Shown here: in pieces, positions 59,497 to 64,000 of the stretch | Layout: the number at the start of each line of letters is the position of its first letter | Numbering within the stretch: the stretch's first letter is position 1 | Assembly (NCBI GenBank): GCA_902464635.1 | Contig: CABQKC010000006.1 | Coordinates: 16,240-80,239 of the forward strand | Direction of reading: 5' to 3' | Origin: an uncultured Bacillales bacterium | GTDB taxonomy: Bacteria; Bacillota_I; Bacilli_A; RFN20; CAG-826 | DNA: 64,000 bases | Program-made: the position numbers and the translations under genes | The notes under the pieces: model-generated | The model's input: only the letters and a program-made list of their open reading frames with translations | Told to the model about the DNA's origin: nothing | Databases searched by the model: none

Positions 59497-60836
59497 TTCC
59501 AATAGCCTTCCTTTTTGCTGCCTATGCGTTTTATGATTTCACTAGAGACAAGTTTATTAATTGAACGCTGGATGGTTATTGTAGACAAAGAAAGTGCGCT
59601 AGAAGCGTTAGAAATGCTATTTAGAGTGTCGTTCTGTCTGAAATAGTCTAATAATGCCTTATCAGCCTTTGTAAGCTTCAAATCGCCTATTTTCTCGTTT
59701 AACTTCTTTTCTTTTTCATTTTGATCTTGACTTCTTCTTTTTATTATGAAAGAAAAGTAACCGTTCTCATTTCTAATTGAATATGAAATTCCCACTTCTT
59801 TTAAAGCATCTAAGATTATCTTAAATCCGCCTCCTAGATCTCTAATTTCTCCTGATAAATACATAATTATCGCGATTAATGGGTTTCTTGGCTGGGTTCC
59901 TAATGTTTCTTTATAAAAATCATTTATGGAAAAAGAGGAAGACATTTCCCCCGGGTTTGAAATGCTTATTGACCCAGGAGTAATCTCAATTTTGTTAGGT
60001 TTCTCAGAAGTATAATCTTTGTGAATCAAGCTATTAAAAACAATTTCATAAAGCGCGTTTAAAGGAACTTCGGGGATTTCATCTGTCTTATCGCCGACTT
60101 GTTTTAAGGCCCAGCGGATGTTCTTTTTGATAAAGGAGAACTCTTCTTTTATACAATCGAATATATTCCCATAAAAACTCTTTTTATCGATTATCGTCCG
60201 GTTTTCATCAGTTGCATATACAATTTCTTCGATTAAATGGGGCTTTTTGGTTGATAAAAGAGAAAAACAAGCATTGTTAAGATAACCATCCTCTTCCAAA
60301 GATAGCATTTCAAGGGCTTCATCGGCGTTCTTGTATACGTACTTTATCCTGTGACACTCATTGGCTTTGTTGATAATCTCGATTAGTTGTCTCTCATCTA
60401 TATCTTCTGATGTAAAATCCGTCAATGAATGTTCCCATGTGGAATTATTTGAATGTCTCTTTTTAAAGAACGACTCGAGGTCATCCTGTGTCATTTCAAT
60501 ATCTTGATCATCGTCTCTTATGAAGTAATGACCGAATGCCGAATAAGGTGCTTTTTCACCTTTAACTGTCAATTTGATAGTTTGGATGCCGTCTAAACTA
60601 TCAAATTGTATCAAAGGTATTACGGTTGGTTTGATACTTGATTTTATCATTAGAGAAAGCCTTTGGATTATATCCTTTTCAATAGGCTGTTCTGCAGGGT
60701 TCCCATTATTATCAACACAAAAGTATAAAGTACCATGACCAGCGGTGTTTAGCATAGACGTTAACGAAATCATTGCCTGGTTTATTTCATATAGGGTTTT
60801 CTTAAATTCAAGCGTTTCAGTTTCATAATTTAACAT
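59487..60836 (-). CDS. AlbA_2 (Schlafen-like) / HATPase_c_4 domain protein with C-terminal winged HTH (putative transcriptional regulator)
   Basis: 449 aa. N-terminal ETLEFKKTLYE...HGTLYFCVDNNG is typical of the divergent-AAA/AlbA_2 family. C-terminal LLDYFRQNDTLNSISNASSALSLSTITIQRSINKL is an HTH. Domain call from memory. Confidence 0.55.
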   Translation of the reverse strand: MLNYETETLEFKKTLYEINQAMISLTSMLNTAGHGTLYFCVDNNGNPAEQPIEKDIIQRLSLMIKSSIKPTVIPLIQFDSLDGIQTIKLTVKGEKAPYSAFGHYFIRDDDQDIEMTQDDLESFFKKRHSNNSTWEHSLTDFTSEDIDERQLIEIINKANECHRIKYVYKNADEALEMLSLEEDGYLNNACFSLLSTKKPHLIEEIVYATDENRTIIDKKSFYGNIFDCIKEEFSFIKKNIRWALKQVGDKTDEIPEVPLNALYEIVFNSLIHKDYTSEKPNKIEITPGSISISNPGEMSSSFSINDFYKETLGTQPRNPLIAIIMYLSGEIRDLGGGFKIILDALKEVGISYSIRNENGYFSFIIKRRSQDQNEKEKKLNEKIGDLKLTKADKALLDYFRQNDTLNSISNASSALSLSTITIQRSINKLVSSEIIKRIGSKKEGYWKLK

Positions 60837-61034
60837 ATGACTTTCCTTTTTGATAAACTATCAATATTTTATACTAAAACTATCATTAATTGCAAAAATG
60901 ATATTTAAGGATTTTTTCGTTAATGTTCATGTTGGAACTCTTTTTATCCTTTGACTACGCCATGAAATGATGTGTTCTCTAATTAATGAAGAGGATTGAT
61001 CCAAAAGATAAAAAGATTTGTATAGAATTCGTCA

Positions 61035-61069
61035 ATAAAAAACTAGAATCCGCTTTTTAGAGATTCTAG
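61035..61069 (-). terminator. Rho-independent terminator after the Ntn-hydrolase gene (minus strand)
   Basis: 8-bp stem ctagaatc/gattctag. On the minus strand it is followed by ttttttat. Confidence 0.65.
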
Positions 61070-61144
61070 TATAAGCTCAAGTGTTTTCTAACTTGTTTAT
61101 TACAATGTTATTTAATCACGAATGAAGAGTTTATCGGCCTAAGG

Positions 61145-62122
61145 CTATTTCGATTGATAATTGATAGATTCCTCTTCAAGTAGCTTGAATTTAAACAAAC
61201 TAGCGGCATTTAAGTCAACATCATGCATATTTATCGCATTTATTTGGTGATTTTTATAAGTTGTATAGTAATAAATACCCTTATTTAGGTCGCAGCAAGA
61301 GGTATAGATGGTATATTCGTATTTGCCTTCTTTTACCTCGCAAATACCATTTTGTTGCTCAACACTATGTAATATATGAAAAAATTGATTGACGCTTTCT
61401 ATGTTGTTATTTGAGGTGGTGGAATTGAACTTCGTAAAAGCTACCCTAACGAATCTTGATTGACTGGATAAATCACCGGGAAGCCCTATGGCCCCCATGC
61501 CTCTACTATATAAGGATAAATCGATGTCTTTAGAGAATGTATTAATAGGATCTTTGTTTGAAAGACTTCTATAGTTATTTAAAGCTGCCATTTGATATTC
61601 AAATGGAGGATTGTTTGTTAAAACTCCGATAGTATGCTCAAATACTTTTATCCCACCAATTCTATTCTCAATAACTATGCTTTCATCGGCATCTGATACT
61701 ATGTAGTGCAATTGAGATGGCGGTAATTGTGGGGAAAACGAATCATTTGTAACATTAATAGTTCTTAGTTTCTCTTTTACTTCTTTAACATTCTTACATG
61801 TGGAAAGAATATAAAGTATAAATTCAAAACTAGCGATATTATCTTTATTTTCTTTAAATTCTTCATAATGACAATTGCCTACAAAGTTTAGTCCAGCCAT
61901 TCCTAAACCATGTTCGTTTATGCCGTCATAAAGTAGTGGGAAATTATTTTCAATATGTGCCATTCCTACAACTGCATAATGTGATGAGTGTTCTTTTTTA
62001 TATTTATATTTAATTGGATAATTTCTTGGAATAATTACAACTTCTTCGCCGTAAGAGAATTCATAATCTAGATTTCTTCCAAAATATGTCGAACCGGATT
62101 TATATGAAATTGCTGTACACAT
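61145..62122 (-). CDS. Choloylglycine hydrolase / penicillin V acylase family Ntn-hydrolase (bile-salt-hydrolase-like)
   Basis: 325 aa. N-terminal MCTAISY with the catalytic Cys2, then GRNLDYE. Family-typical length. Confidence 0.8.
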   Translation of the reverse strand: MCTAISYKSGSTYFGRNLDYEFSYGEEVVIIPRNYPIKYKYKKEHSSHYAVVGMAHIENNFPLLYDGINEHGLGMAGLNFVGNCHYEEFKENKDNIASFEFILYILSTCKNVKEVKEKLRTINVTNDSFSPQLPPSQLHYIVSDADESIVIENRIGGIKVFEHTIGVLTNNPPFEYQMAALNNYRSLSNKDPINTFSKDIDLSLYSRGMGAIGLPGDLSSQSRFVRVAFTKFNSTTSNNNIESVNQFFHILHSVEQQNGICEVKEGKYEYTIYTSCCDLNKGIYYYTTYKNHQINAINMHDVDLNAASLFKFKLLEEESINYQSK

Positions 62123-62127
62123 TTTCT

Positions 62128-63687
62128 TTATTCCTTTTCTTCTTGATTTGCTTTATCAAACATTTCTTTTACGCTTGGAGCGTTCTTTGTAAGTTTTTTG
62201 ATTGATAAATCTTGTGCTTTATCATTTGCTAAGCGAAGGTTACGTTCGGAGCTTTGAAGATTCTCTTTTACTTTTTGTAAGTGAGTGATAGTTTTGTCTA
62301 TTTCTTCTATGGCGGTGGTGAATTTGCCTGCAGCTATTTGGAAGTTCTTAGAAAATCCGTCTTGGAATTTTTTCAAGTTGTCCTCAAAGTTATTAACATC
62401 AAGATTTTGTGCTTTTACTAAAGCGAGTTCTTTTTTGTATTCGATAGAGTTTTTAGCAGCATTGGTTAATAACCCGATTATAGACATGAAGCATTGAGGT
62501 CTTACTACAAACATCTTCTTGTATTTGTATGAAACATCTACTATTCCGGAATTATAAAGCTCACTATCAGGCTCGAGAGTAGATACCAATACGGCATATT
62601 CACAGTTCTTTTCGTTTCTATCTTTATCAAGCTCTTTGAGGAAATCATCGTTTTTATGTTTTTTCGTATTCGTTTCGGTTTCGTTTTTCATCTCAAACAT
62701 GATGGAGATATATTCTTGTCCGTCTTCGGTGAAGTCTCTAAAAATAAAATCACCTTTAGATCCAGATTCTTGGCTAACTTCATTATCTTTATCAAAATAT
62801 GCACGTGGATAAGCGGTGGTGCGGATTTCATTGAACTTGATTTGACAATGTTGCTCTAATGTTTCACCAACTAACTTGGTAGACATTCTTGTTTTCAAAT
62901 CTTTGAAATAATTGATCTGGTCTTCTTTTTGCCTTAACTCTAATTCGTATTTCTCTTTTTGGTTTTGTTCAGAAACACTTCTTTCTTTTAATTGATTTTC
63001 GTAATCGTTTTTAACTTTTAAGATTTCGGTGTTTTTAGAATCGTTAGCCTTTTCCAATTCGTATTTATACTTATTTTTTTCTAATTCGGCCTCGCCTTTA
63101 GTTTTTTCTAGCTCAGTTTTTAAAGTATTGATTTGTTCGGTCAATTCTTGCTTTTCTTTATTTTTGGCTAGTTCAATATCTGTTGCCTTGCTCTTCTCTA
63201 AAGATTCTTTTTCGTTTTTTAATGCTAGGATTTCCTTTTCTTTCTCGTTTAGGGCTTCCAAATGCTCCTTTTCTAATTTAGATAAGGCATCATTCTTTTC
63301 ATTAATTTCTTTTTGCTTAGCTAAATCAATTTGATTTTGGATATCTTTTTTGAGATTTTCGTTTTTAATTTGAAGTTCTTTGATTTGGCTATCTTTCAAA
63401 GACAAAGATTTTTCTAGCTCGTTTTTAGATTGAATAGTGGCGGTGGATAATTTGGCTTCTGCTTGATCAAGTTTAGCTTGCATGTCTTTGATGATTGCTT
63501 CGTGCTGAGTAGCGGAAATCTTTTCTTTTAACGAAGCCTCGTTTTCGATGTTTTTCCTTATTTCTTGAGTTCTTGCTTCTACTTGTTTTTCAAAGTCTTC
63601 ATTTCTAATTTGGCTTAGGATGGAATCTAGTTCTTTCTTTTCGGGAGTGAACACTTCTCCGCATTTAGGGCATTTGATTTGATACAT
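62128..63687 (-). CDS. DUF2130-like protein: N-terminal CxxC zinc-ribbon, a roughly 230-aa coiled coil, C-terminal putative PD-(D/E)xK nuclease-like domain
   Basis: 519 aa. MYQIKCPKCGEVF. Long E/K-rich heptad region. C-terminal GDFIFRDF...ISIMFEMKNE (D...E-x-K). 5-nt gap to the downstream Ntn-hydrolase gene. AGAGGT SD. Confidence 0.6.
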   Translation of the reverse strand: MYQIKCPKCGEVFTPEKKELDSILSQIRNEDFEKQVEARTQEIRKNIENEASLKEKISATQHEAIIKDMQAKLDQAEAKLSTATIQSKNELEKSLSLKDSQIKELQIKNENLKKDIQNQIDLAKQKEINEKNDALSKLEKEHLEALNEKEKEILALKNEKESLEKSKATDIELAKNKEKQELTEQINTLKTELEKTKGEAELEKNKYKYELEKANDSKNTEILKVKNDYENQLKERSVSEQNQKEKYELELRQKEDQINYFKDLKTRMSTKLVGETLEQHCQIKFNEIRTTAYPRAYFDKDNEVSQESGSKGDFIFRDFTEDGQEYISIMFEMKNETETNTKKHKNDDFLKELDKDRNEKNCEYAVLVSTLEPDSELYNSGIVDVSYKYKKMFVVRPQCFMSIIGLLTNAAKNSIEYKKELALVKAQNLDVNNFEDNLKKFQDGFSKNFQIAAGKFTTAIEEIDKTITHLQKVKENLQSSERNLRLANDKAQDLSIKKLTKNAPSVKEMFDKANQEEKE

Positions 63688-64000
63688 TTTGGTTACCTCT
63701 ATTTATATATTCTAATTGTAACAGCAAATTAGGATGGTTAAGTTGCTAGTTTTGTACTTAGTTAGATACAATGGCTATCTAGCTGAGAGTATAAGGAATT
63801 TTGTGTAAACGTTTCCCAGTAAGATAACTAATTCTAATCACTTTTGATCGAAGTATTCAACAATTTCCCTCCAGCAGATTGCGTTTCATGAATGTAGGTA
63901 ACAAAAAAATGGAAGTTCATCTATAATGTTTTTTGACCACAACACAAAGGAGACTAACTATTCAAAGTAAAGAGAAAAATTAATTATTTCGTAAAGTGTC

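Noticed and set aside
1-64000. Search for CRISPR arrays, tRNA/rRNA genes, IS elements or transposases, integrases or prophage genes
   Set aside because: I found no direct-repeat/spacer arrays, no cloverleaf-like sequences in the intergenic regions examined, and no transposase- or integrase-like ORFs. The intergenic regions are short and accounted for by promoters and terminators.

Overview
The window is 64 kb around the chromosomal replication origin of a low-GC bacterium that uses the standard genetic code. TGA is a working stop codon, often inside 4-nt ATGA overlaps between coupled genes. Exported proteins carry lipoprotein signals ending in ...SCG or ...GCG, and none shows an LPXTG motif. 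Together these features hint at an Acholeplasma-like or Erysipelotrichia-like wall-less organism, possibly gut-associated; this is inference only. The left arm (394-13060) is transcribed on the minus strand: FGGY sugar kinase, a convergent ppdK (+ strand), glmU-like, ispE, rsmA, rnmV, tatD, mnmE, jag/khpB, yidC, rnpA, rpmH. DnaA-box clusters flank dnaA. The right arm (13555-37141) is transcribed on the plus strand: dnaA, dnaN, yaaA (S4 domain), recF, gyrB, gyrA, a GT-B-like protein, serS, an unannotated SRP RNA (ffs), tadA, then a translationally coupled operon of a MacB-like ABC transporter, a P-type ATPase, psuG and a TetR regulator. After that come a BspA-type leucine-rich-repeat lipoprotein, a Gfo/Idh/MocA oxidoreductase and a membrane protein. 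The second half is accessory carbohydrate metabolism. It holds an orphan MsmK-type ABC ATPase, an aldose-1-epimerase-like gene, a clan GH-A glycosidase, a regulator with a LacI-type sugar-binding domain fused to a LuxR DNA-binding domain, and a 1041-aa DUF5107-like tetratricopeptide-repeat protein. A polysaccharide-utilisation-type locus follows: an AraC regulator, a 1124-aa membrane-anchored SGNH/SASA-type esterase, a sugar ABC importer (binding protein plus two permeases, no ATPase gene), two GH43 enzymes, a CBM9-like lipoprotein and an untracked 43-aa membrane peptide. The window ends with an AlbA_2/ATPase/HTH protein and an operon pairing a DUF2130-like zinc-ribbon coiled-coil protein (putative PD-(D/E)xK nuclease) with an Ntn-hydrolase of the choloylglycine-hydrolase family. 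I saw no rRNA, tRNA, CRISPR array, transposase or integrase. All calls come from reading the translations and the DNA; no database search was run.
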